Shown piece after piece: positions 27,897-40,088 of a stretch of 64,000 nucleotides of DNA; the stretch's first letter is position 1, and every line of letters begins with the position of its first letter. Both the position numbers and the translations under genes were made by a program. Source of the stretch: Gemmatimonadota bacterium. Lineage in GTDB: Bacteria > Gemmatimonadota > Gemmatimonadetes > Gemmatimonadales > JACORV01. Location: positions 16,297 through 80,296 of the forward strand of contig JBGOSS010000001.1 in the NCBI GenBank assembly GCA_041476105.1, given 5' to 3'. The notes under the pieces were generated by a model, which was given only the letters and a program-made list of their open reading frames with translations, did not search any database and was not told where the DNA came from.

Positions 27897-28586
27897 ATGG
27901 GCGCGCGCGAGCTACTCGACATCAAGCAGGCAGCCCGGTTTCTGAAAGTCAGCGAAACATCATTGCGGCGTTGGACCAATGCCGGTCGGCTGGCGTGTCT
28001 TCGCGTCGGCGGTAGGCGAGAGCGCAGGTTCAGGCGCGCCGACTTGCTGGCGATGATGGAAGAGCAGCCGGCGGTGGCTCACGCGGGCCACCTGTGCGGT
28101 CTCTACGCGGACCATCGTGGCCGGGTGAGCCAGGCCGCCGGTTTCCTCGCGGACGGCCTCCATCCCGGCAGCGTGTGCTTCCTGGTGGCGGCGCCCGAGG
28201 TCCGCGACGCCGTGGTCGAGCAACTGAAGCAGCGACGTCCTTCGCTCTCGTCGGACATCGACGCCGGACGCCTCGTGCTGTCTGAATACGCCGCATCGGC
28301 GGACGCCCAGAACGCGTACTGGGAATCCCGCTTCCTCGGGGCCGTGCGCGCCGGCGCGCACTCCCTGCGCGTGGTCGGCGACGTGTCGGGGGGGCGAATC
28401 GCGCAACGCGCTGCATTCGACGCAGTGCTCGACTACGAGGTCGGCTACGACCGGCGCTTCCGGCGCTTCCCCCTGGTCACGCTGTGCCAGTACGACGCGC
28501 GGACGCTTTCCGGCCTCGACACCGTGCGTCTCCTCAAGTGCCACGAGGATGTCTTCCGATACCCCGCTGATCGCCTGCTGACCTGA
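27897..28586 (+). CDS. DcmR-like regulator: excisionase/MerR-type HTH + MEDS domain
   Basis: LLDIKQAARFLKVSETSLRRW; HLCGLY, LRVVGD, LCQYD, KCH MEDS motifs; SD GGGAGG. Confidence 0.85.
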   Translation: MGARELLDIKQAARFLKVSETSLRRWTNAGRLACLRVGGRRERRFRRADLLAMMEEQPAVAHAGHLCGLYADHRGRVSQAAGFLADGLHPGSVCFLVAAPEVRDAVVEQLKQRRPSLSSDIDAGRLVLSEYAASADAQNAYWESRFLGAVRAGAHSLRVVGDVSGGRIAQRAAFDAVLDYEVGYDRRFRRFPLVTLCQYDARTLSGLDTVRLLKCHEDVFRYPADRLLT

Positions 28587-28614
28587 CGCGTCAGGCTGCC
28601 GGCCGGGAAGGGAG

Positions 28615-30411
28615 CTACTCGACCTTCAGCACCGCGAGGAACGCCTCCTGCGGGATCTCGACGCTGCCGACCTGCTTCATGCGCTTCTTGCCTTCCTTCT
28701 GCTTCTCCAGGAGCTTGCGCTTCCGCGTCACGTCGCCGCCGTAGCACTTGGCCAGGACGTCCTTCCGAAGCGCCGAGACGGTTTCGCGGGCGATGATCTT
28801 GGTCCCGATGGCGGCCTGGATCGCGACCGCGAACAGCTGACGCGGAATCAGCTCGCGCAGCTTGGACGCGAGCTTGCGGCCCCACTCGTACGCCTTGGCT
28901 TCGTGGATGATCACGCTGAAGGCGTCCACCGCATCACCGTTGATCAGCATGTCGAGCTTCACGAGGTCGCTCGCCCGGTACTCGATCATCTCGTAGTCGA
29001 GCGACGCGTAGCCGCGCGAGATGGTCTTCAGCTTGTCGTAGAAGTCGAGGATGATCTCGGCCAGCGGAAACTCCCAGTCCAGCTCGACGCGCGTGGTATC
29101 CAGATACTTCATGCCGAGGTAGACGCCGCGCCGCTCCTGGCAGAGCTTCATGAGGCCGCCGATATAGTCGGCGGGGCTGAGGATGCGGGCCTTCACGAAC
29201 GGCTCTTCGATGCGGTCCACCGCGGAGCCGGTCGGCATCTTCGAGGGGTTCTCGACGATCACCTTGGTGCCGTCGGTGAGGTACACGTCGTACTCGACGT
29301 TGGGCACCGTGGTCACGAGGTTGATGTCGAACTCGCGCGTCAGCCGCTCCTGGACGATCTCCATGTGGAGCAGGCCCAGGAAGCCGGTGCGGAAGCCGAA
29401 GCCCAGCGCGACCGACGTCTCGGGCTCGTAGTGCAGTGATGCGTCGTTGAGCTTCAGCTTGGCGAGGGCGTCGCGCAGGCCCTCGTACTGCTCGGTCTGG
29501 GTCGGGTAGAGGCCCGCGAAGACCATCGACTTGGCGTCGCGGTAGCCGGGCAGGCTCTCGGGCGCCCGGTTGTCGGCGTCGAGGATGGTGTCACCCGAAC
29601 GGGTGTCGGCGACGTCGCGGAAGTTGGCGATGAGGTAGCCCACCTCGCCCGCGGTCAGCCGCTCGCCCGGCTGATGGCCGAGCTGGAGGGTGCCGACTTC
29701 GGCGACCTCGTAGGTCCCCTCGTGCGACCCCATCGCGATCTTCATGCCGGGACGCACTTCGCCGTCCACCACCCTGATGGACGGGATCGCGCCGCGGTAG
29801 CGGTCGTAGTAGCTGTCGAAGATCAGCGCGCGCAGCGGCGCGGCGGGGTTCCCGCGGGGCGCCGGGACCCGCGCGATGATGGCTTCCAGCAGCTCCGGGA
29901 TGCCGCGGCCCTCCTTGGCCGACACCAGCAGGATGTCGTCGGGGTCGGCGCCGACGAGGTCGTGGATCTCGGCTTTGCGCTTCTCGGGCTCGGCGCTGGG
30001 CAGGTCGATCTTGTTGAGGACGGGGATGATCTCGAGCCCGGCGTCGAGCGCGAGGAAGAGATTCGAGAGTGTCTGCGCCTGGATCCCCTGCGAGGCGTCC
30101 ACCACCAGGATCGCGCCCTCGCACGCCGCGAGCGAGCGGCTGACCTCGTAGGTGAAGTCCACGTGGCCCGGCGTATCGATCAGGTTCAGCTCGTATTCCT
30201 GCCCGTCGGCGGCCTCGTACTTCATGCGCACGGCGTTGAGCTTGATGGTGATGCCGCGCTCCCGCTCCAGGTCCATGGTGTCGAGGACCTGCTCGCGCAT
30301 CTCCCGGCGGGTGAGCGTCCCCGTCGCCTCGATGAGGCGGTCGGCGAGGGTGCTCTTCCCGTGGTCGATGTGGGCCACGATGCAGAAGTTGCGGATGCGG
30401 GAAGCGTCCAT
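28615..30411 (-). CDS. lepA: Elongation factor 4
   Basis: [60 protein letters not shown]. Confidence 0.98.
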   Translation of the reverse strand: MDASRIRNFCIVAHIDHGKSTLADRLIEATGTLTRREMREQVLDTMDLERERGITIKLNAVRMKYEAADGQEYELNLIDTPGHVDFTYEVSRSLAACEGAILVVDASQGIQAQTLSNLFLALDAGLEIIPVLNKIDLPSAEPEKRKAEIHDLVGADPDDILLVSAKEGRGIPELLEAIIARVPAPRGNPAAPLRALIFDSYYDRYRGAIPSIRVVDGEVRPGMKIAMGSHEGTYEVAEVGTLQLGHQPGERLTAGEVGYLIANFRDVADTRSGDTILDADNRAPESLPGYRDAKSMVFAGLYPTQTEQYEGLRDALAKLKLNDASLHYEPETSVALGFGFRTGFLGLLHMEIVQERLTREFDINLVTTVPNVEYDVYLTDGTKVIVENPSKMPTGSAVDRIEEPFVKARILSPADYIGGLMKLCQERRGVYLGMKYLDTTRVELDWEFPLAEIILDFYDKLKTISRGYASLDYEMIEYRASDLVKLDMLINGDAVDAFSVIIHEAKAYEWGRKLASKLRELIPRQLFAVAIQAAIGTKIIARETVSALRKDVLAKCYGGDVTRKRKLLEKQKEGKKRMKQVGSVEIPQEAFLAVLKVE

Positions 30412-30420
30412 GCGGCGGGA

Positions 30421-30428
30421 AATATACA
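30421..30428 (-). promoter_or_regulatory. -10 box TATATT of a near-leaderless lepA promoter
   Basis: TATATT 9 nt upstream of ATG, no SD. Confidence 0.6.
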
Positions 30429-30488
30429 GTCGCCGGCGGCCCGGCAGTCACGCGGTCTCCGCGGGCGCACGGCGTGGCGGCGTGGTGC

Positions 30489-31508
30489 CTAGGTCGCGCC
30501 CGCCTCAGGCCCGTCGGGGATTCCCGGGAACATCTTGGGGAAACACTCCGGGCACACCCCGTGGCTGAATCGGACGTCGGTGTGGGCCGTCACGTAGGAC
30601 TCCACACCTTCCCAGTAGCCCTCGTCGTCGCGGATCTTCTTGCACATCGAGCAAATCGGCAGGAGGCCGGTGAGCGTCTTGACGCTCTCCAGGGCCTCGT
30701 GCAAGTCGGCGACGACCACCTCGAGCTCCTGCTGCGCACGCCACAGCTGGGTGATGTCGGTGACGATGGTCCGCGTCATGATGAACCGGCCCTCGCGGTC
30801 GCGCACCGCCGACGCCGACATCAGCGCCGGCAACGGCGTGCCGTCCTTGCGCCGGTATTCCACGCGCACGTCCCGCGTCTCGTCGGTCGTCTCGAGCTGC
30901 GCCAGCCGTTCCCGGGTCGCTTCGATGCTCGACGGCATGACCAGCTCCATCACGTGCATCCGCCCCACGACGTCGGTCCGCGCGTAGCCCAGCCAGTCCA
31001 GCTCGGTGCGGTTCATCCGGACGACGACGCCGTCGGCGTCGACGGAGTGGTAGCCGCAGGGCGCATTCTCGTACAGATCGCTCAGCTCGTCGTAGGCCTC
31101 CCGCAGCAGCGCGCTGTTGCCCGCCAGCTCGCGCCTGGCCACCTCCCGGGCGCCGATCTCGCGCACGATGCCGGCCGCCAGGAGCGCACCGGCGAGCAGG
31201 GCGAGGGCCACCGTCACCGCCGCGGCCCCCCGCGCGCGTCGCGCCGACCGTTCGAGCTCGACGTTGCGGGCCGACAGCTCCCGGCCTTCGGCTTCCTGTC
31301 TGGCGACCAGCCGCGCCATCCGGCCGGGCTCGTGGGTTCGGGTGAGGAGGGCGTTCACCATCGCCAGGTTTCGCTGCGATTGGGCCGCTTCGACCAGATG
31401 TGCGATCGTGGCGCTCGACCCGCGCCAAGCCTCGACGCCGACGCCCGCGAGCACCGCCAGCGGCAGCCCGAAGGCCAGGAGTGTGCGCGTGCGCAGGCCG
31501 ATTTTCAT
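30489..31508 (-). CDS. Membrane PAS sensor with C-terminal Cys/His zinc-binding domain (no kinase)
   Basis: 2 TM helices, PAS (YENAPCGYHS...DIT), LLPICSMCKKIRD...FSHGVCPEC. Confidence 0.85.
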   Translation of the reverse strand: MKIGLRTRTLLAFGLPLAVLAGVGVEAWRGSSATIAHLVEAAQSQRNLAMVNALLTRTHEPGRMARLVARQEAEGRELSARNVELERSARRARGAAAVTVALALLAGALLAAGIVREIGAREVARRELAGNSALLREAYDELSDLYENAPCGYHSVDADGVVVRMNRTELDWLGYARTDVVGRMHVMELVMPSSIEATRERLAQLETTDETRDVRVEYRRKDGTPLPALMSASAVRDREGRFIMTRTIVTDITQLWRAQQELEVVVADLHEALESVKTLTGLLPICSMCKKIRDDEGYWEGVESYVTAHTDVRFSHGVCPECFPKMFPGIPDGPEAGAT

Positions 31509-31605
31509 TCACCCAAGATCGGGTCGGACGGGAGCGCCCGGGATCGGGACCGGCCGTGGTGCGGTGTGCGGAAAGCCCTACAGAAGCGGGCTCCAGGCCC
31601 GCGCC

Positions 31606-34512
<2,907 letters not shown>

Positions 34513-34727
34513 CGACGGCCTTCATGAACATGGAAAGGAAAGCGGCGCGCTCCGCGTAGCGCGCCGCTCGAATCGAGGCGGCAGAGGATGGTGTGGACGA
34601 TCGGACCAGCGCGGCGGCCAGCCATCGCGCCTCCGTGGGTTAGTCCCAACTATACCACTCTTCACCTCGCACCCGACACTGGGACATCTACTAGTGTGCA
34701 ATTTTCTGCATGACGGCTGGCGAACCC

Positions 34728-35618
34728 CTAACTGTCGGGCTCGCACCAGGGTTCGAGGACCTCCCGGTAGGTCTCGAAGAGGGTAGGCGGCGCCTTCACT
34801 TTCGTCCCGCTCAGCATGGCCCGGATCATCAGCGCGTTGGCCGGTCCCTTGCCCTCGAAGTGGTTGTTGCTGATGACGTAGATCTCCCGCATCCCGACCG
34901 CCCCGGCGACCTTCCGGATCCGTTCGACCCACGGCTCCAGCTCGGCCGCGGAATAGAGGTAGTCGTAGCGCCGAGCGGCGTCCTCGTTCTGCTCGAACCA
35001 GGTGTCGTAGCGCCGGCCGTGCAGCCGCACATATCCCACGTCGCTGGTGACCCCCGCCGTCGGGCCGAGGGATTCGCCGATCACCGGCTGATCGATGTTG
35101 CAGAAGCCCAGACCGAGGCGCTCGAGGAGCAGCGCATGCTCGTGCTTCGCCCACGCGCCGTGACGCAGTTCGACGACGACCGGCCAGCCCTGGAAGTCCT
35201 CCGAAAGGCGGGCTAAAAGCTGAAGGCTGAAAGCTGAAGGCCGAAAAGACCATGGGAACTGCGCGAGAATGGCGCCGAGGAGGTTCGCCTCGCGCAGGAC
35301 CGCATACCCTTCCGCGACGCTCTTCACGTCGTCTGCGCTCCAGGCATCATTCAGCCTTGAGCCTTCAGCTTTCGGCCCGTGGGTGAACTTCTGCCACAGC
35401 TTGGCGGTGAACTTGAAGCGCGGGTTGTGCGCCACCCGCCGTACCCACGAGGCGTAGTTCCTCGGCGGCTGCGGCGCGTAGAAGGAGGCGTTGATCTCGA
35501 TGGTGTCGAAGTAGGAGGCCGTGAAAGCCAGGACGTCGAAGCCCTTCGGCGCGCCGGCCGGGTACACGTGTCCCGGAGAATCGGGATACGTCCACCCGGC
35601 GGGCCCGACGCGAATCAG
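34728..35618 (-). CDS. DUF72 (YecE/YunF) family protein
   Basis: IRVGPAGW, FDTIEINASFY, KLWQKFTH, QFPWSF, YVRLHGR, YDYLYS, NNHFEG; start uncertain (CTG 35618 or GTG 35663). Confidence 0.88.
   Translation of the reverse strand: MIRVGPAGWTYPDSPGHVYPAGAPKGFDVLAFTASYFDTIEINASFYAPQPPRNYASWVRRVAHNPRFKFTAKLWQKFTHGPKAEGSRLNDAWSADDVKSVAEGYAVLREANLLGAILAQFPWSFRPSAFSLQLLARLSEDFQGWPVVVELRHGAWAKHEHALLLERLGLGFCNIDQPVIGESLGPTAGVTSDVGYVRLHGRRYDTWFEQNEDAARRYDYLYSAAELEPWVERIRKVAGAVGMREIYVISNNHFEGKGPANALMIRAMLSGTKVKAPPTLFETYREVLEPWCEPDS
35211..35377. repeat. Inverted pair of heptamer arrays (RGCTGAA x5 / TTCAGCY x4) inside the DUF72 CDS
   Basis: Arms at 35211-35245 and 35350-35377. Confidence 0.8.
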
Positions 35619-37195
35619 TTCGTGGCGGGCGCCACGATCCGCGCGCGGCTCTCGGGATTCCACTGGGGCCGCTCGGTGGTGTTGGCGACGTCGAGACCGA
35701 GGTAGTAGACCATCTGCACGATGCGCGCGGCCTTCTCGGCGTCGATCTTGTCCACCGAGTCGGAGGGCCGGTGATAGTCGGGGTGCGTCCCGTTGAAGAA
35801 GAAGAGGATCGGCACGCCCTTCTTCGCGAAGTTGTAGTGGTCGGAGCGGCTGTAGAAGTTCTGGCTCGGCCAGATGTCGTCAACCAGCTGCATGTGCAGC
35901 TCGGGATGCTCGGCCGTGATCCGGTTCGCGCTCGCGCCGAGGCTGCTGTGCTCCTTGCCGATCACGCTGATGGTGTCGCGCCAGCCCGGCTGGTTCTGGT
36001 TGTAGCGGCCGATCATGTCCATGTTGAGATCGGCGACGGTGTTGGCCAGCGGCACCACCGGGTGCTCGGAGTAGTACTCGGAGCCCCAGAGGCCGCGCTC
36101 CTCGCCCGAGACCGTCATGAAGACGAGGGTGCGGCGGGGCCGCGGGTTCATCTGGCTGAAGGCCTGCGCCAGCATCACCACGCCGGTGGTTCCCGACGCG
36201 TCGTCGTCGGCGCCATTGCAGATCGAGTCCGCACCGACCGCCGTGCAGCCATTGCCCATTCCGGCGACGCCGATGTGGTCCATGTGACCGGTGAAGAAAA
36301 CGTACTCGTTCTTGAGGACCGGATCGCTGCCCTCGAGAATGCCGATGACGTTCGGCGCACTGGCCTCGTCCAGCGCGGTCTGGTGCGCGCTGACGGCGCC
36401 GGTGAAGCCCTGGAGGACGCGGGCCCCCGACACGTTGGGGGCGCGCAGGTCGGCCAGATTCTCGCCGGCCGCCTGGAGCACCCCGAGTGCCGAGTAGTCA
36501 CGCACCAGGAAGACGGGAACCGGCGCCAGCGACCGGCCCCTGCCGCCGATGAGCTGGAGCTGCGGTGTCCGGGCAGCCCGCATCCGCTGGGCCCACATCG
36601 GCGCGGGCATGTCGGCCACCAGGACCCAGGCGCGCGCGCCGCCGGCCGCCGCTTTCCGGATCAGGGGGAGCAGGGTGCTCACCCGCACCAGCGGGCCCAC
36701 CTGCATGACGATGGCGCCCTGGAGCGGCGTGTCGCCGAAGGGGTGCGCGGTGTCGGCGGGGGTGCCGTACACCAGGACCAGCGGGCCCGACATGTTCGAG
36801 TCGGGGAGGTCGCCGGCCAGCAGGCTGGCGTCGCGGCTCAGCAGCCAGTGGCCGTGCGCGCCGCGCCCCATCGCCATGACGAAGGAGGCCGTGTCGACCA
36901 GGGTGCGCCGGATCCGGTAGCGCTGGAGCCAGGTGCCGTTGTCGCCGCCCGGCCGGAGACCGAAACGCTGGAACTCGCCGGCAATGTAGTTGGCGACCTC
37001 CTCGAGCTCGGGGCTCGGCGTCCCGCGGCCGCGCATCGAGTCGTCCGCGATGACGGCGATGCGGCGCCGGTAGTCGGCCTCGGTGATGGTCGCGACGGCC
37101 GCGGCGGCGTTGCGGCCGGAGTCGCGGCGGCCCTGGGCCAGAAGGGGCGTCGCGGACGCGACGATCAAAACGAGTGTGGTCGGGAATCTCATCAT
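35615..37195 (-). CDS. Secreted M28-family metallopeptidase
   Basis: Signal peptide; GHMDH, NGADDDASG, GEERGLWGS, NMDMIGR, RSDH, DYH. Confidence 0.9.
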   Translation of the reverse strand: MMRFPTTLVLIVASATPLLAQGRRDSGRNAAAAVATITEADYRRRIAVIADDSMRGRGTPSPELEEVANYIAGEFQRFGLRPGGDNGTWLQRYRIRRTLVDTASFVMAMGRGAHGHWLLSRDASLLAGDLPDSNMSGPLVLVYGTPADTAHPFGDTPLQGAIVMQVGPLVRVSTLLPLIRKAAAGGARAWVLVADMPAPMWAQRMRAARTPQLQLIGGRGRSLAPVPVFLVRDYSALGVLQAAGENLADLRAPNVSGARVLQGFTGAVSAHQTALDEASAPNVIGILEGSDPVLKNEYVFFTGHMDHIGVAGMGNGCTAVGADSICNGADDDASGTTGVVMLAQAFSQMNPRPRRTLVFMTVSGEERGLWGSEYYSEHPVVPLANTVADLNMDMIGRYNQNQPGWRDTISVIGKEHSSLGASANRITAEHPELHMQLVDDIWPSQNFYSRSDHYNFAKKGVPILFFFNGTHPDYHRPSDSVDKIDAEKAARIVQMVYYLGLDVANTTERPQWNPESRARIVAPATN

Positions 37196-37240
37196 CCTGC
37201 CTGTGTTGGAGGTGAACCGAAGCCGGAAATCAAGCGCCTC

Positions 37241-37288
37241 GTCGGCCAATCGCCAAGTCGCCCAGTCTCGCGTTGAAGCTGGGCGACT
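37241..37288. repeat. Degenerate octamer array plus 10-bp hairpin between DUF4384 and M28 genes
   Basis: AGTCGCCCAG (37256-37265) / CTGGGCGACT (37279-37288). Confidence 0.5.
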
Positions 37289-37331
37289 GAACGCTGAAGG
37301 AATACGTCGGAACCGGAAGAGAAGTTGACGC

Positions 37332-39026
37332 TCAGGGGTTGCCACGCCTCCGCACCAGCCCGGGACTCCGGGCCGGTGGGTTGGACTTGGGCGGACTCGC
37401 TTGGGGCCTGGACTCGGGAGCGCGGGGCTGCGCCTGGGGCCGGCTTTCCGGGCGGCTTTCCGGTGCGCGCTCCGGCCGGCTTTCCGGTGTCCGTTCCGGG
37501 GGGCGGCTCTCGGGCCGCCGGTCTGGCTGAGCGGCCGGCTTGGGCGACTCCTCCGGCTTGCGTTGCGGCTCGGGCCGCGCCTGGGGCTGGTCCGCGTTGG
37601 GCCGGCGCACGTCGATTGGACCCGGCCGGACCACGCCGTCGGGGCGTGGGGGCCGCGGCTCGTCGCCCTGCCGGTTGGGCTCGGCCGGACGCAGGACCGG
37701 GGGCTCGGGCGTCGGCACCGCGGTGAACGGCTCGCCGGGCGTGCGGCGCGTGCCGCCCTCTCCCTCGGGCCTCGCGCGTCGTGGATCCTGCGGCCGCGCG
37801 GGCTGCGAACCATCCTGGGGCCTGGCGGGCTGCGCGGCATCGGGCTGCGGACGCTCGGGGCGGGGGACGATCTCGATCCCCGGCCGAGCGTCGCCGCGCC
37901 GCCGTCCGCCCGCATCCGAAGGCACCGGAGTCGGCGCCTGGGGCGCCTCGGGGCCCGCATCGACACGGCGGCGGCCTTCGTTCACGCCTCCGCCGAGCGC
38001 ACCCGGCGCCGCTCCGTCGCCCGAGCGGGGATCACGCGGTTGATCGGCGCCGCCGACGCCACCGCTGCCGGTGACCGGTCCGATGCGACGGTTCGGGGTT
38101 CGGGGTGCGGGCACGCTGCCCACGCCACCGATGTCGGTGCCACGCACGTTGCCGTCGTCCACGCGCCGGCCGCCGGTGTTCACGGTTGCGGCCGTGCTGC
38201 GCCGATCGCGATAGTCGATGCCCGGCGCCGCGTTGTCGCGGTTCTTGAAGACGTAGCGCGAGCCGCCCGGCGAGGTGTAGACCACCCGGGTCCCGCCATA
38301 GTACCGCGTCGGGTACCAGTAGCTCGGGTAGTAGTAGTAGGGGTCGTTCCACACCACCAGCGTGTAGCGACGGCACCAGGCCAGGTACGGATCCCAGTAG
38401 GTGTAGGGAACGTACGAGTGGCAGTCGTAGCAGACGAAGCGCGGATAGCTGTAGCGCTGCTCGACGTAGTAGGGCAGCAGGTGGGTGTCGTAGTCGCCGA
38501 AGCTCTCCGGGAGCAGCCGGCCCGACAGCTCCTCGAGCGACGTCAGCGGATCGCCGTGGATGCGGCCGTCGCCGATGGCGTGCAGGTCCCAGTGCCCCTG
38601 GTCGTAGATCGCGTCATAGTTGAAGGGCGCGGTCGAGGCGATGCCGAAGATGTAGCCCACGCCGGCGTAGTCGTCGACGTAGAATGCGGTGCCGTTGCCC
38701 GCCGACGAAACGGTGTAGGTCGCGCCGCCGTATCCGTAGTTCTCTTCGTCGGGGGTGCGCGGGAAGAGCAGCCGCACATGGCCGTCGGTGTCCACGCGGA
38801 AGATGGTGACGTAGGCATCGCGCTCGGTGCGGTAAAAGACGCGCACGCGCTCGCCACGGCGCACCAGGTCGCTGCCGCTGGTCCAGACGCGGATTCCCGG
38901 CGTGCGAAAATCGCCATGCCCCATGTGGGCGAGAATTGCGCGTGCCGCGGGCCGGGGCGGTTCGGTGCCCCGGGCGGGGGCGCCGGCGACGGCGAGCAGG
39001 GACAGAACAGCGATCGGGCGAAGCAT
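37332..39026 (-). CDS. Secreted DUF4384-like protein with Tyr-rich region, CxxCH and Pro/Arg-rich tail
   Basis: AYVTIFRVDTDGHVRLLFP, CYDCH, PESRP repeats. Confidence 0.75.
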   Translation of the reverse strand: MLRPIAVLSLLAVAGAPARGTEPPRPAARAILAHMGHGDFRTPGIRVWTSGSDLVRRGERVRVFYRTERDAYVTIFRVDTDGHVRLLFPRTPDEENYGYGGATYTVSSAGNGTAFYVDDYAGVGYIFGIASTAPFNYDAIYDQGHWDLHAIGDGRIHGDPLTSLEELSGRLLPESFGDYDTHLLPYYVEQRYSYPRFVCYDCHSYVPYTYWDPYLAWCRRYTLVVWNDPYYYYPSYWYPTRYYGGTRVVYTSPGGSRYVFKNRDNAAPGIDYRDRRSTAATVNTGGRRVDDGNVRGTDIGGVGSVPAPRTPNRRIGPVTGSGGVGGADQPRDPRSGDGAAPGALGGGVNEGRRRVDAGPEAPQAPTPVPSDAGGRRRGDARPGIEIVPRPERPQPDAAQPARPQDGSQPARPQDPRRARPEGEGGTRRTPGEPFTAVPTPEPPVLRPAEPNRQGDEPRPPRPDGVVRPGPIDVRRPNADQPQARPEPQRKPEESPKPAAQPDRRPESRPPERTPESRPERAPESRPESRPQAQPRAPESRPQASPPKSNPPARSPGLVRRRGNP

Positions 39027-39064
39027 ATTGCCTCCGGGTCACAGCTTCTCGTCCTACCTGTAAG

Positions 39065-39120
39065 GCAGGGAGCGTGCCAGTCGCCTCAGCTGTTCCAAAT
39101 AGCGGAATATCAAGGACTTG
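39065..39120 (-). promoter_or_regulatory. Sigma-54 (-24/-12) promoter with adjacent IHF site
   Basis: TGGCACG-CTCC-CTGC on minus strand (39065-39079); TATCAAGGACTTG matches WATCAANNNNTTR (39108-39120). Confidence 0.65.
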
Positions 39121-39164
39121 GCTTCAGTCCCGTGGTCCGTCTAACTTTCCCTTGTCCTCCTTGG

Positions 39165-40088
39165 GTGACAACGTTGGCCTCTGCCCGGTCCGGTCGTCTC
39201 GATCTGCTCGATCCCCGCGAGGTCGCCAGCCTCGGCGGGATCGAGGTCGTGGCGCGCGGGGTGGTCGAAGGGTTTCTCGCCGGACTGCATCGCTCCCCCT
39301 TCCGCGGCTTCTCCGTCGAGTTCGCCGAGCACCGGCCCTATCAGCCCGGCGACGAGCCCCGCTATCTCGACTGGAAGGTGCTCGGCAAGCGGGACCGGCT
39401 CTACGTGAAGCAGTACGAGGAAGAGACCAACTTGCGCGCCACCGTCGTGCTCGACGTGTCGGCCTCGATGGGATGGGTGGGCGACGCCGAGCGGACGCTC
39501 ACCAAGTTCGACTACGCCGCGCGCCTGGCGGCGGCGATCGCGTTGATCCTGGTGCGGCAGCGCGATGCCACCGGGCTCATCGCCTACGACGAGACCATCC
39601 GGGCTCTGGTGCCGCCGCGCGCGCGCGCCGGCCAGTGGCCGCTGCTGGTTCGCACCCTCGGCGAACTCACGCCGGCGGGGCGCACCGCGGCCGAGCGCGC
39701 GCTCCCCCGCGTCATCGAGCTGCTGAAGCGGCGCGGCATGGTCATCCTCATCTCGGACTTGCTGGTGGACCGCGAGCGCTCGCTCCAGGCGATGCGCTAC
39801 CTGCGTCACCGCGGGCACCAGGTCTCGGTCTACCACGTGATGGACCCCGCCGAGCAGGAGCTCCAGGGCCCGGCCGAGGCGCGCTACGTGGACCCGGAGA
39901 CCGGCGACAGCGTCGTCGCCAGCGCAGCCGACCTGCGGCGCGCCTACCGTGCCACCGTGTCGGGCGTGGTTGCGGCCTGGCGCCGCGCCTGCCGGACCAG
40001 CGGGATCAGCTACCACCACATCCTGACGGATATGCCGTTCGGCACCGCGCTGCGGCGCTCGGCCGATGCGCGTGCGCGCGCCGGCTGA
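39165..40088 (+). CDS. DUF58 (vWA-related) protein
   Basis: GLHRSPFRGFSVEFAEHRPY, DWKV, YEEETN, LDVSASM, ISD. Confidence 0.9.
   Translation: MTTLASARSGRLDLLDPREVASLGGIEVVARGVVEGFLAGLHRSPFRGFSVEFAEHRPYQPGDEPRYLDWKVLGKRDRLYVKQYEEETNLRATVVLDVSASMGWVGDAERTLTKFDYAARLAAAIALILVRQRDATGLIAYDETIRALVPPRARAGQWPLLVRTLGELTPAGRTAAERALPRVIELLKRRGMVILISDLLVDRERSLQAMRYLRHRGHQVSVYHVMDPAEQELQGPAEARYVDPETGDSVVASAADLRRAYRATVSGVVAAWRRACRTSGISYHHILTDMPFGTALRRSADARARAG

Larger units (their letters stand above)
16221..28628. mobile_element. Putative inserted block (chemosensory operon + DcmR-like gene) bounded by 12-bp direct repeat ACTCGACCTTCA
   Basis: Identical 12-mers at 16221-16232 and 28617-28628; codon usage looks less GC3-extreme; no integrase seen. 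Confidence 0.55.

Noticed and set aside
27897-28070. Excisionase of the putative island
   Set aside because: The HTH is fused to a MEDS sensor as in DcmR, and no integrase accompanies it
37380-37520. 12-bp-period repeats at the DUF4384 3' end
   Set aside because: Codon-multiple repeats encoding PESRP low-complexity peptide; ordinary protein repeat, not the 7/8-mer family
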